From assembly GCA_048013815.1 (NCBI GenBank), contig CM106586.1:9672001-9736000 (forward strand): a stretch of 64,000 nt of DNA, written 5' to 3'. This document shows positions 34,781 to 46,884 of the stretch, piece after piece (positions within the stretch are counted from its first letter, which is position 1; each line of letters opens with the position of its first letter). Both the position numbers and the translations under genes were made by a program. The notes under the pieces were generated by a model, which saw only the letters and a program-made list of their open reading frames with translations, ran no database searches and was not told where the DNA came from. This DNA is from Setoptus koraiensis. Taxonomy: Eukaryota > Animalia > Arthropoda.

Positions 34781-37700
34781 TCAAAAGGCCAAAGAGCCCT
34801 CCGTCTGTGTCTGAACAGACAGTCTTGGCAACCTTGATTTAATGGGTCTTATTGAGGTAACTTTACGATTTTGAAGCCCATTTGGCCCAATAGTTTTCAA
34901 GGTTGTTGTGTCGAGCATTACAGGGCTTGAACAACCTAACGTCTTCTCTGTTGACCCATTGTGTTGTTGAATCGACTGTGGTCTTGCTTGATCGATCTTG
35001 GTGCCCTGGTTTATATGGTTTGAGTTTGTGAAAGCCATGATTGATTTTGAAACTTGCCGATCAATAGAATCAGGAGATGCTGGACGAGAATGGTCAATTG
35101 TCAAGGTGGAGATCTTGACGATCGGGTCACTCTGTTGATCCTTGAATGACAATTCTCGAGGCTCTAGATCGCTATTCCATTTGCTATTAGGAGTCTGCAT
35201 GTCACCTACAATTGTTTGATCATTGCCATCAAACTTGCCAGTCGTCTCAATAGTGTCATTGAATTTGTTTTTACGATAGCACTGCTCAATTGCCAAAGCC
35301 AAAAATGAAATAATAACTCCGACAAAGATTATAACGAACACACCACCGATATTGTCGATGCTGATACCCTCACTATCTTGATTAGTGTTGCATTGCAATC
35401 TGTTTGGATTGTTGGTCCACCATTTCTCGCGCAGCACCTCCATGAAGCGTTGATTAATCAATTTGAGTATGGCCAAACTGAGATCGTCTCTTAATTTTGT
35501 TTCGCCTTTCTTCACACCTAACGCAATTGGTTTCCTACTAAACTCTTCGCCCACCGATTTGAGCGTGCAATCAGTCATTGCAGCATATTTTACAAAGTTT
35601 GCATCGGCTAATAATGCAAATCCGTCGTCTACGTTGTTGGAATCTTGTACTCTCTTCAAGCCGGCGAATGCATTCACCGGCATGCCTGTCTGTTGAATCT
35701 GGGCCCAAATTTTTGTGTATTTATCACTGATGGGATAATCCCAAACAGCGAATTTAGCCCGCTCAAATTCACTCAACGAATCATTTAGTGATATCTCCTT
35801 CCATATGTTATAGAAACGTTCCTCAATGTAGGCCATCCGTTCGAAATAGTTTCGAGTAGCCGACCCATCAACAGGTGCATATTTGATTTTATATTGGCCA
35901 GCCAGATCGTCTAATGACTCTATGGGTATGTCCAGACGGGACACTGTGAGAAAGGCAGCCAGATTGGCTGTATATGAAGCTATAATGATGAAACAGAACA
36001 GCCACCATGCCCCTGCCACAATGCGACCGCTCAAATTTTGAGGTGCCTCGCCACCACCTTGGGGTGTCATACTTGTTATACAAAACCACAACGAATCGCG
36101 CAGCCCAAAGTCCGGCCTAGCCTCATCATCGCTGGAGTCGCCGTCATAGTAGGCCGCCTGACGATACGATGGCCAATGGTTGTGATCTAGAGGTTGAGCG
36201 CGACTTTGTTTTCTCGAGTGCTGACCCGAATGATCGTGGGCATTCTTTATTGTCTTGTCGCCCAGCGACCTAAGAGTCGCCAAGCTAGTATTAGATGGTC
36301 TGCGGCGCCGACTAACGTGTGGCGTAACAAGTTTGTGGTCGCGTTGCAACGGTTGAACTTTGTCATTCTCAATGATCATCGCTACTGACGATCTCCTTGG
36401 GGCACTGTCCAGTGTGGTCAATGGTGGTTGGGCCTGTTGGTATTGTTGCTGCTGCTGTTGTTGTTGAAGCTGTTGTTGCAATTGTCTCTTTTGGCGGAGT
36501 CTCTGAATGCGACTCTTGTTGTGCTGACTGTATGGACTTAATCTGTCAAATAAATACATGATAAACGATGTCACAAAGTAGGCCAATGTTATAAATAACC
36601 AGACCTCGTCCTCTAGTACGGTGAGAAATTTAAACCATTGCGACGGAACCACGGGCCTCTTCAGCAGTATTTGTATGCCAACTAAATCATAAAATGGCAC
36701 CGTATAATCGATAACCAATTCTCGTTCCGCCATGACGGCCATGGGTGCCAAAGCTACATGGGCCCTACCTGTTTGCAGTTCGCCCACCAGACCGTTCCAG
36801 CGTTGCACTTGTGTCAATTGTCCGCTACGCGACGGTACTTGATTCACTGTCATCTTTGTTCCGAAACGATCATCGGCACTCTGATAAATTTCGTAGGTCA
36901 GCTTGTATGGCAGCTGACGGACTAGCTCGTGAAAGAAATCGATACAGTAACCATACCATTCGACGGTGCCATTTCCATTGACACGTTTCATTATAAAGGG
37001 AGGAAACTCAATTGTGACCAACACAATATGTCTGGTCATGCTATTCAGATTGATGGGGCTCTCTCCACCAACTGGAGAATTGTCGCTCATCAAAGCCAGT
37101 CTATCCAGAGGTTTGTTTTGGTTTGTTTGTTGTTTGTCGGAGTTTGAAAGCTGATCACTAGAAGTGCTGGGACCGTCCGTATTGTTCGCATACGTTTTAA
37201 GTAGCTTAAAATGATCAGTTTGCGAGGATGCTTGACTTGGTGGCAGTGTATCCGACATAGGCGATAGCCACGTCCAATATCCGAGCAATTGCAATTTATT
37301 CTCCGGCGGCTCATCTGTCGCGCCATTAATTAAATGAGTTGTGGCCTCGTATGTCAAATTCAGCGATAGATAACAGGTGCCTAGTTGTCGTGGAATTTTT
37401 CTTAACGACAATCCATATTGCTGATATTTATTGTTTGTGGCAACGAGAGACTTGATCAAATCGCGTCGGTTCAATGCTGAAATATCACTCATTTTGACAA
37501 CGTTCAGGGTCAAGCTAACCAAATGACTCACAACAGAGGACAAACTGTAACTGAAGGTAGACGATTCTTTTTCACAGTTGCCACTTGCGCTCGGATATGT
37601 CCATACCGATCGCATATAATCGAGTTTGATCGGATTTTTTGACGAGAATGACTTTGGTTTTGCTAAATCACTCTTATGATGTTGATGACCGCTCAAAAGG

Positions 37701-38587
37701 TGGGGCGATGTCTTCATAAGAAAGTACCATGTTAGCTGGTGGTTGCTCAGTTTATGAAAGACGTCCAATCTAATTAGATAATCAATTGTTGATTGTGTTA
37801 CACATAATATTATATTCTTGATCTGTTTATGAGCTAAACGAAGCACCTTGTCTAAGACTTTGTTTCTTCTCAACGGAGTTATCTTCAACAAATCGGTTCG
37901 CTCATATAGTATCAGTGGTCTCAAATATTCTATTTCATCTGAAAAATCGTCGTCATATATTAGACTGAATTCTTCTATGTTGAACCTATCTATTAAGTCT
38001 ATCAGAAGTCCGGAATGTGCCTCTTTCAATTGTTGTAAGTCGATAGTCAACTGCTGACTTTGGGTAGTTGTTTGTCTCGAAAGAAATGTATCTATGATTT
38101 CTGGATCATTTTTGGTGAGATCGAGATTTTTATCGATGGCTAATTCAGACGTTGACCACCAAGTTATAAAAAGATTGCTATTGTGTAGCATGTGGAAATT
38201 GACTACCCCATCTATAGTGTTTCCATTTCTCTTGAGCTCATTAGTTGGTGAGCCATGGATGGACTTCATCTTGTTATTCTTGTCCAGAAACACAAATTTT
38301 GTCTTCTGCGGATGTTGATTGTTGATTGAATACGAATCATCCAAGCAACTGCCATGAGGCAAGTCCAAACTAACCACTGCGGTCGATTGTAATGTAAAGT
38401 AAATAGCATAACAGAATTTGAATTTGTCGCATCTATCATCTAGGCATGGAAACTTGCGATTAATTCTTTCGAGTAACCATAGTCAGTTTTACTTACGAAC
38501 AATGGAGGATTCGGACTTCGATGAATATATAAAAATTAGCTTTACATGCATGACTAGAAGAAACACAATTGGGATGACTTTAATCAT
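34781..38587 (-). CDS. Ir25a: Ionotropic receptor co-receptor IR25a
   Basis: Exon 38587-38497 encodes a signal peptide (MIKVIPIVFLLVMHVKLIFIYSS). Intron 38496-38377 (GTAAGT...CAG), then exon 38376-34781. Motifs VPFYDLVGI, MTPQGGGEAP, ASYTANLAAFLTVSRL, AVWDYPISDKYTK, GEEFSRKP and GISIDNIGGVF are IR25a-diagnostic. Confidence 0.93.
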
Positions 38588-39807
38588 CTTATCTTGCTAA
38601 TTTTCTGAGTATTGTGGTCCCACTATAAATATAAAACAGTTTTACTCCAAATATAGAAATGATGTTCAACAGTGGTTGACATAATGAATTGTTCCTTGTG
38701 AATGAGTTCTCGGAAAAATGATACATCTACATATAAGAATGAACAGTTTATTATTACTACAATGCGACTCTTAACAGACGCAGCTGGATATAATTGTCTG
38801 GTTCATTCGACTGATCGTGACGAAAAAACCATTGGCTATCGTTCAAACTTCAAGTAACTCATAGTAGCATGATAATTTTAGTTTGAAGCAGGTCGAGCGA
38901 TACATGAGCTAATTTAGCTGACTGACTTGGCCGGGCTCAGCAATTCCAAGGCCAAATGAACCGGGGCAACTAATTGTAAAGAGGTCTCACTATGGCCCAA
39001 GAGAGGCCACGATGTGACCTCTTTGCATTTTCAATTATAGGGTAGCCGATTAAAGTGATAACTAGGTGGACAAATAACAATAGCTCATCAATGAAACAAT
39101 GACATTGACAGATGACTAGGGTTGTGTAGACGCAAAGGATCGACTATGGAATATACAGAATAAATATGTATGTATCTATTGAATGCCAAATAGAGTCATC
39201 AATTGCAAATAGCCACAAACACCTGTGTTTTGTTAGATAACTGTATCGAAGTTAGAGAGTTCTCTCTAGTAGACCAATTGCATGGTTTTCGTTGTGTTAT
39301 GCAGACTATAATGTAATGTTGTGGCAAACAATGATGAGGAACCAAATTACATCGTAAACAAATGATGAACTCATCTCCATGGTGTCAAAGCAAGTTCTGA
39401 GTAATCGTCTACATTAGAGCTACTAGTGAGTTGCGCGAGTTTCACCTCATTTATTTATCACCACTTTGCATTACACTGGATTACACACATTGGAATGGTA
39501 AACAGTTACATATGTGTCGCTTTAGTGCCGATATTATAGTATTTCGTTTTCATTATTATATACAGTATTCACGACCAAACTACTAATTAGTGATTGCGTC
39601 CATCTCGATTGCACTGTGCCATCAAAATACAACATCTATCTGATTCACCCAAATGCTAACACGTGCAGAACATAGTGCAACGTGCAACACAACCGTCAAG
39701 TTGTAGGACATCACCAGGTGATACCAGCAACAGCATTAATACCAGTTTCTTTCTTGTTACATACAACAACGAATAGTCTATCGTTTGTATTACAACCAAT
39801 AGATCAT

Positions 39808-40954
39808 ATGTTCAGAAGATTTGCATCGAGAGGAAGTGAGCTCTTTGGAATACCGCACCGATCGAATAGCGACTATTGTCACGATAGGAGAGGCCTCAAC
39901 ATGGTTCGAAGTAGTAGTAATAATAAATTTGAAACACAATCACTTATTATATTGGCTACTTTGGCCATAATGTCCACTCAAATTTGTAGGTATGACTAGA
40001 TATAACTAAATGTGGAAAACATTTAAAAGATCTCCGATCACTAATATTCTCTTTCTGTCCATCTGATCCGTGTGTTATCTGGACGACACAGTCATATATT
40101 TTTGTTACAAATCTTCGCCCCTATGGTGTAATGGAATTGACCCCAGATTCGCCAAGTTACAGGCTCAAAGTGAGCACTTGCCTACCATTTACGTTATTAC
40201 ACCCACTCATGATAGATATGTACAAAAAGCCGAACTGACTCGTTTGTCTCAAACGTTTATGTTGGTGCCAAATATACACTGGATATTAGTGGAGGATTCC
40301 AAATCTATGACTGATCTTGTTACAAAATTTGTATTTCGCATGAAAAACGAGTTTCTATTTCAAACTATCACACATCTGTACAAACCTACACCAGAAAAAT
40401 ACAAAATCAGAGATGGTGACCCCAACTGGCTAAAGCCCAAAGGAGTCTGGCAAAGAAATGCTGGCTTAGACTGGATAAGGGACAATATAGACGAAGATTA
40501 CATAGACAAAAATGGAGTGATTTATTTCGCAGATGACGATAATACTTATGATTTGCAATTGTTCAACGAAATGAGATATACGACGAAAGTTTCAGTTTGG
40601 CCCGTTGGATTAGTTGGAGGACTACTAATTGAGAGGCCCATTGCTGATGGAAACAGGGTGACGGCGTTCAATTCGAAATGGAAAAGCAAAAGATCTTTTC
40701 CCATAGACATGGCAGGATTTGCGGTTAGTATCAGGCTGTTTTCGACTAAGCTAAACGCTAGATTCGCCCAAAATGGTCCCAGAGGCTATCTGGAGTCTCA
40801 TTTTTTGGACCAGTTAATCAGTTCCTGGGATGATCTCGAACCAAAAGCTGACAAATGCACGAGAGTATACGTTTGGCACACCAGATCGGAGAGACCAGCA
40901 CTAAGTGAGGAGGCTAAACTCATAATACCGTCCACTGACGGGGCTATATGGTGA
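39808..40954 (+). CDS. B3GAT3: Glucuronosyltransferase I (GlcAT-I, GT43 family)
   Basis: PTIYVITPT, QKAELTRLSQT, HWILVED, YFADDDNTY (DxD), IDMAGFA and WHTR. Intron 39986-40091 (GTAGGT...CAG) creates a type-II TM segment (LIILATLAIMSTQIFIYFCY). Start is ATG 39808 or 39901. Confidence 0.88.
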
Positions 40955-41227
40955 TTGAAATCAACAGAAGTGTTGGAAATAGATTGAAATATAATTGAAT
41001 TTGTTAAATATTTTTTGTATGTGAAAGTGATTTGAATTGTAAGATCAAAATAGTAATAGGACGAATTCATCCGTGGATGTATCGTTCTGGCTTTGCCGTT
41101 TGATCAGCTGTTCAGCCTATAATAAACAAAAGAATATGCTTTGGCTCACAAGGTAACCTAGGTACAGCAAGTTTTGCATAATCACACCGGTTTTATGGTC
41201 ACTCACAATTAGTGTGAACGGACAGCC

Positions 41228-42262
41228 ATGTCTGATAATATTGATTATAAGAATTGTTATCTACTGAAGTTACCACCAGAGCTTTTGATCAAAATCTTCA
41301 GTTACTTAAGTGAAACCAAAGATCTTCTCAACTTATCATCTACGTGTCACAAATTACTTGATGTTTTAAATGGTATTCTTCTTAGTCAGAATATTAACAC
41401 TCTCAAATTGAAGCAACTGGTTCCATATTGTGTCACTATTAAAGAGAATTCAATATCGGAAATATGTGCGGATGGAGACAAGCTCACCAATGGACACATT
41501 GAGGAATATGTCCATTTTATGCTATCGTGTACAAGAAAAAGAATCTTTAGAAAGTTAAAATTCTGCGGATTGGCGGAAAAGGACTTTGAGAAATTTATCA
41601 ATATTCTCACTTGCGACAATGGAAACCCTTCAAAACAAGGTTTGATTGATTTGTTCGTCATCATCGAGTTAGATGTTTGTATTATAACTACCAAATTATT
41701 GAAACACCTCATGTGCGTGTTCAGGCAAGCAACCATTGTGAATCTGAATAACGTCTGCTATATTGATGAGACACCTCGTTTCGCCAAACCCAAGACCCCC
41801 AGCAAAGTCGACAATCTACTGATGGAGAACTCGCCTAAACGGAAGTTAACCTGCATATCGATCACTGGAGACGGCACGTACCGCATGAATGACGACACAT
41901 TTGTCAGTATATTTTTTCATATACCAACAGAGGAGCTAAATTTAACCGGAACAAAGATGGTTTTTCACCGAGCGATAGCCAGAAGATTTTATAGAAATGA
42001 CAACGAACACAGTATCGTTGAAGCACCAACATCATATATATTCTCATTCATGATTATACTTGCCTATTTAAGACATCATCACACAGTTATTAAATCACTA
42101 ATATTGGACTCCACTGGTATTTCAAAGAAACAAGTTGAAGAGTTAGTCTCGGATCCTTTGTTGCAGAGCTTGAGGGTATCTCTGCGAGATTGTTCAGAAC
42201 TGGAGCCATCATTTATGGATTCGCTGCCGCAGCGCATGAAACACGCGAATCATCACTCATGA
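41228..42262 (+). CDS. F-box domain protein
   Basis: 344-aa single exon with N-terminal LLKLPPELLIKIFSYL....LLNLSSTCHKL F-box motif and loose LRR-like segments (EELNLTGT, IKSLILDSTGI). Confidence 0.8.
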   Translation: MSDNIDYKNCYLLKLPPELLIKIFSYLSETKDLLNLSSTCHKLLDVLNGILLSQNINTLKLKQLVPYCVTIKENSISEICADGDKLTNGHIEEYVHFMLSCTRKRIFRKLKFCGLAEKDFEKFINILTCDNGNPSKQGLIDLFVIIELDVCIITTKLLKHLMCVFRQATIVNLNNVCYIDETPRFAKPKTPSKVDNLLMENSPKRKLTCISITGDGTYRMNDDTFVSIFFHIPTEELNLTGTKMVFHRAIARRFYRNDNEHSIVEAPTSYIFSFMIILAYLRHHHTVIKSLILDSTGISKKQVEELVSDPLLQSLRVSLRDCSELEPSFMDSLPQRMKHANHHS

Positions 42263-43247
42263 AGAGATATTTTTGCCTGGACGAAGCTATTTAACATTAA
42301 ATCTAGTCATATTGGACAAGCAACAAATTCGAACGAATGAATCCATTCATTTTTTTTTCAGACTCTAGTCAATTGTCACGCGTCAGGTGTTATATTTAGA
42401 TCTATTTTTTAGATGTCGAACTCATCATAACGTTAATGACTAGAGTTTTAAAAATTCCAAAGAGCTAACAGAACATCATGAATTGTACAAAAGCTCTGTC
42501 GAGCATCGAATGACAGGCTAAGATAGCTAATAGAGCTAACTGGTCGAGGTTCGAACCCTTCGCGACTACTGTTCAATCAAACATTGAGAATAGTTCGAAT
42601 AAAGTGACACTAGACTATCTCATTTAGCCTATGTTACCTGATTATGATTGTGGCTGCAGTCAAATCTAATTTGATTTCCTGAGCTGCAAATAAATTCAGA
42701 AGAGAATCACAACCTTGATGAAGTTCTATAATTGTGATTCGGACTCTCTATTTAGAGATAATTTAGTTTACGTAGCCGATTTACGTTCAGAGGTTACAAA
42801 GTGAACTACTTTAAAGTTTTTGGGTTAGTCGTGCAATGCACATACGTTTACAGATCTGCTGTATGATTAATCACAAAAAAATCGATTGATATGCTTGATA
42901 ACATTATTACGCCGTTGTACATAATTTTTGGATTAGGCTAATATATGCTTTCTAAATTCGAAGATCTTTTCCAGAGAGTGAGGTGTCTCGAAATATATGA
43001 TTCATAATTCCTCATTGATTGGATATGCAATATAACTACCGAGGCGGATAACTGAATAAGTGCAATCTAAAGTTTCTCGCAACAAATAATTCTCGGGCGG
43101 TGTTCTAGTTTATGATATAGGAGTTAAGTTGCAAGTTAGATAGGGTTGCATCATTCACTCCGGCGTTGACATCCTATATATTTATATATATCAATGCCAG
43201 TTGTTTCAATCTATATTTATGTCTATGCATTAGTCATCATTTTGACA

Positions 43248-44364
43248 TCATGCAGAAGCCGAATTCCAACGCTTTCGGCCTTTTCTAACAGTGGTCCATG
43301 GCATATTCTCTTCTTCGGTCGAATCATAACCTGAATCTATGGTAGAACGTCTAGGAGGTTTCTTGTTCGATACCACAGAATCATTGTCCTCTTCCTTTAT
43401 CTGCTTAGATAAACCATTTTTGATTGAATGATCACTACTTTTGATATCATCTAGTTTACTATTTTCATTGAATATGTCGTCATTATTGTTGTCGTTATCG
43501 TAATTTTGAATCAGACGTAGATTGGTGCTTTTCTTCTCGCGATTCTCTTTTCGATTATGTTTGCTCATTTTGTTACCGAGACTAGATTGTAAATCATTGA
43601 ATGAATCTCCACTACATTGGACTGATTCATTAGAGTTTGCATTATCCTCTTGTCCTGATGATTGATCGTCACTACTTGTATCCGTGTAATCACCAGACTC
43701 GGAGGACGCTTTCTTTTTGTTGTTCTTGTTCTTGGAACCTTTCTTACCGTCCTGACTACCCTTTTTCTTACTATTGGCATGCTTTTTATTTTGATTCGGA
43801 GGAGGATGGTGCCGAGTGCTAAAGTGAAACTTGGCAAAGTTCTGTCTGTCATAAAGACAGGAAGCTATGAACAATGTCTCATAGACCTCCTCATTGAATC
43901 TGACAGATTTTTTTGGCCTATCGTTATCACTACCAGGACTATTAGATTCTTCAGTACGATTTTCGTCCTGCTCAGTTAATTCTATATTGAGCTCGTCCAT
44001 TATTTGAGATATGTCGTCGATACACTCTGACACGGAACGTTTGGGTAGTGGTCTGTGTTTGAGTATACCCTTGGTTGGATACTAATGGAAGGAGACAGGT
44101 GGATTGATGGTAAGAATAGTAGTTAGTTTTTGGTAAGTATAATATTTAGTGGTTGAGAGAATATGAATATTTTAAAGTGGTATGTACCTCATAGGTTGAT
44201 TCGCTGAACATGCGAGGTCTCCGTGCTGCTTTTCGGGCTGCTCTTTTCTGGGCCGCGGCTAGTTTCCTAGCCGCCGTCACACCCAGTGCTGTATCAGAAT
44301 CGGCGATACCGTCCTTTGCCTTGCCAGATTCATTATTGACAATTAGTGTTGCAGAGGATAACAT
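43248..44364 (-). CDS. Low-complexity PP1-docking-motif protein (resembles the C-terminal half of insect kintoun/DNAAF2)
   Basis: Exons 44364-44188 and 44081-43248 (106-nt GT-AG intron, in frame). Contains KGILK, KKSVRF (RVxF) and DSGYDS motifs. Confidence 0.65.
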
Positions 44365-45782
44365 TTGGACTATTGAGATTTTCTTTGCTGATCGACCAGG
44401 TTTTTGTACGATTTTTGCTCATATATAACTGTTGTCTATGTGTAATAAACATATAAAGTCCTTGAGTTTAGGATGACGTCGAAGTTTTTTCAGGAGCGTT
44501 TCTATTGAAGGAGAAATAATAATGTGATACGATTGCAAATAATAATTATTGAATGAAGTCGCTTAGCAAATAATTTTATAGCGAGTGATAATGTATGATG
44601 ATGCTGCGAGATGAAATAGCGCTCTCAGATCTTCCTAGTTTTTCTAGAAGGAATGCTGCCGATGATTACTGTATCAGCTACAGCATGAAGTTGAAACTGT
44701 ATTTAGAGCTGTTATGGGCACTCGGGATTATGACGTTTAGTTAACAAATAAGTATAATAGTAATAATAATAGTGTATCACTTGCTATCACTGAATAGATG
44801 ATGAAAATTTCAAAATTAACAAGCCAGATGGATGTCGTTGTTGTTTTTCAGTTGGTCTTTTGTGCTATTGCTGATAGTGTTAGTGGTGTTGTTGTTGTTG
44901 TGGCGAACCTCGCTTTGTTTTGTCCTCAATAAGCAATGCTGTGTTGTCATTGTTGCTGTGCCACATTGTCCATGTTACACACTGTACATTGGATGTTTCA
45001 CATTGGAGAAGCGGAGCACAGCTGTCTAAAAGGTCCACCAGAGGCGCTCACAGAGCTCCACAGTAAGCAGCCTGATCCTGTGTGTTGCAGTCAAATGTTA
45101 CTTTGCGTCGGTTCGTTTTTGCGCACTTCAAACAGGCTAGCGCACGCGGCATCTAGCGGAGATAACGGCTGCCTTTTGCATCAACAACCGCCACCCCTGC
45201 CGACCTGCTGCCCTGTTGGCTAGTGAAATCCGAGTGAGCCGTCTGGCGGATTTGTGTCGCACTGACGTTTCCTCAGTGAGCACGAGGCCCAGCTTACGTA
45301 AGCCAATGTGCGGATGGTGGTGCTAGGCGCCACATTCAAAGTCTGGATGGCGATTTTCAGTCTGTGGAGGCTGAAAATCACGCGGGGTACGCAGCCCCCG
45401 CACGGTCATCAGCCTGGGTGCAGGCGGCAGTATCGGGCAAAGGTAGACTCTGGAGCTACTGGCAAGATATTGTGCGAGGCAAACTGATGGCATTTTGCTA
45501 TTGTTGGCAGCCCTACAGGGTGCTGCAGAAGTGGTCGGCCCAAAATGTGTGCACCCAATATTATAGGCCCGACAACGGGCTGACTATTGTGGCCACCAGG
45601 TGGCGAGGTATGGCAACTAATGGAACGTACTTGCGACTTGCCGTGTCCGTTGATACGCGTAAACCACGCATCTAACATGGGCCAGGTTAGTGGCTGTGCC
45701 GCTGCAATGTTGGGCCTGATAGGTTGCTGAGCGTTGCGCCAGGCGGCGCCAGCGCGGCCAGAGAGGCAAAGGAGGGACGAGG

Positions 45783-45792
45783 GCGCATGCGC
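45783..45792. promoter_or_regulatory. NRF1/Erect-wing-type palindrome GCGCATGCGC
   Basis: Exact palindromic core about 630 bp upstream of the ATG at 46418. Function is inferred only. Confidence 0.3.
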
Positions 45793-45937
45793 AGATCGAA
45801 AGTTCGGTGTCGGGGCCTGAGCGAGCCGCGGTGGCGACGCGAGCCGCAGCGTCGAATCATTTGCATTGGTGATTTCGACGAGAGCGAACTACTGCTAGAC
45901 GGTCGACCACAGACCATCGACAACAACGACAACATCG

Positions 45938-45968
<31 letters not shown>

Positions 45969-46082
45969 CCACAACAACCAACGCGACAAGCTCCAAATGC
46001 AACAAGAAACTGCAACAATCGTCCTCCAGTCCACAATAACACGTCGAATCGAATTGCCAGCGAATCGCGGCAGAATCACCAG

Positions 46083-46200
46083 AAATATCCGCGTCACTAG
46101 AGCCAGAAATATCCGCGCGAATCGAATTGCAGCAAAATCATCACAAGTATCCGCGTGAATCGAATTGCAGCAAAATAATCGGAAATATCCGCGTGAATCA
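46083..46200. repeat. Four degenerate copies of AAATATCCGCG(T/C)GAATCGAATTGCAGC
   Basis: Copies start near 46083, 46106, 46146 and 46183, read directly. Confidence 0.75.
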
Positions 46201-46417
46201 CACAGAATCAATTTGCAGTTTGCAAGCCAATACTGCGAGTGAATAGTCGGTGCAAGCATCAAGTCACCAAGTGAATGAAAAAGAGATAATCCAGCAAATC
46301 AACAGCATGCCATCCAGCTAGCAAAGCGTCAATTCACAGCCAGCAACGACACCACAAGCCACACAAGAATAGTCCGGCAGGGGCAAAATTGTGAGCAAAT
46401 CTCAAAATAGTGCCAAC

Positions 46418-46670
46418 ATGGCCGCACCAATACAAAAGCTGCTGCTGCTGCCAGCAGCGGCAATGCTCGTCGCCCTAATTGCATCGACACTGACCCTCGC
46501 CCAGCATCACACACTCGATCACCGTCTATTGTCGCCGTCGTCAAATCACAACAGGCAGCACCCCAATCATCAATATCCGAACGAACATCAACAACAATCG
46601 GCTGTGCGCTACAAGCGCAACAGTGCCGCCTACGCACCCGGGCCCCTGGCGCCCGCCACCAGCAACAAGG
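46418..46670 (+). CDS. First coding exon of an unidentified secreted or cell-surface protein (gene continues beyond the window)
   Basis: Strong Kozak GCCAACATGG; signal peptide MAAPIQKLLLLPAAAMLVALIASTLTLA; furin-type RYKR; canonical AAGG|GTAAGT donor in phase 1. Confidence 0.65.
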
Positions 46671-46770
46671 GTAAGTGACTTGCAACCATTGCACAGAATT
46701 TCGCACGCAATTATTGCACAGAATTTTGCACGCAACCAATGCTCAGAATTTTGCACACGCCTCGAGAGTT

Positions 46771-46884
46771 GCACCGACGCGCACCGTGCACCCGATGCAG
46801 TGCGTCGGGCACCGACGCGCACCGAGCATTCGATGCAGTGCATCGGGCACCGACGCGCACCGTGCATCCGATCCAGAGCATCGG
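46771..46884. repeat. 3 x 38-bp minisatellite containing an internal palindrome
   Basis: Unit GCACCGACGCGCACCGTGCAYCCGATGCAGTGCATCGG at 46771, 46809 and 46847. Confidence 0.9.

Noticed and set aside
42540-42570. GGTTCGAACCC T-loop/B-box-like motif suggesting a tRNA
   Set aside because: No complementary acceptor stem, D-arm or A-box at the expected distance upstream.
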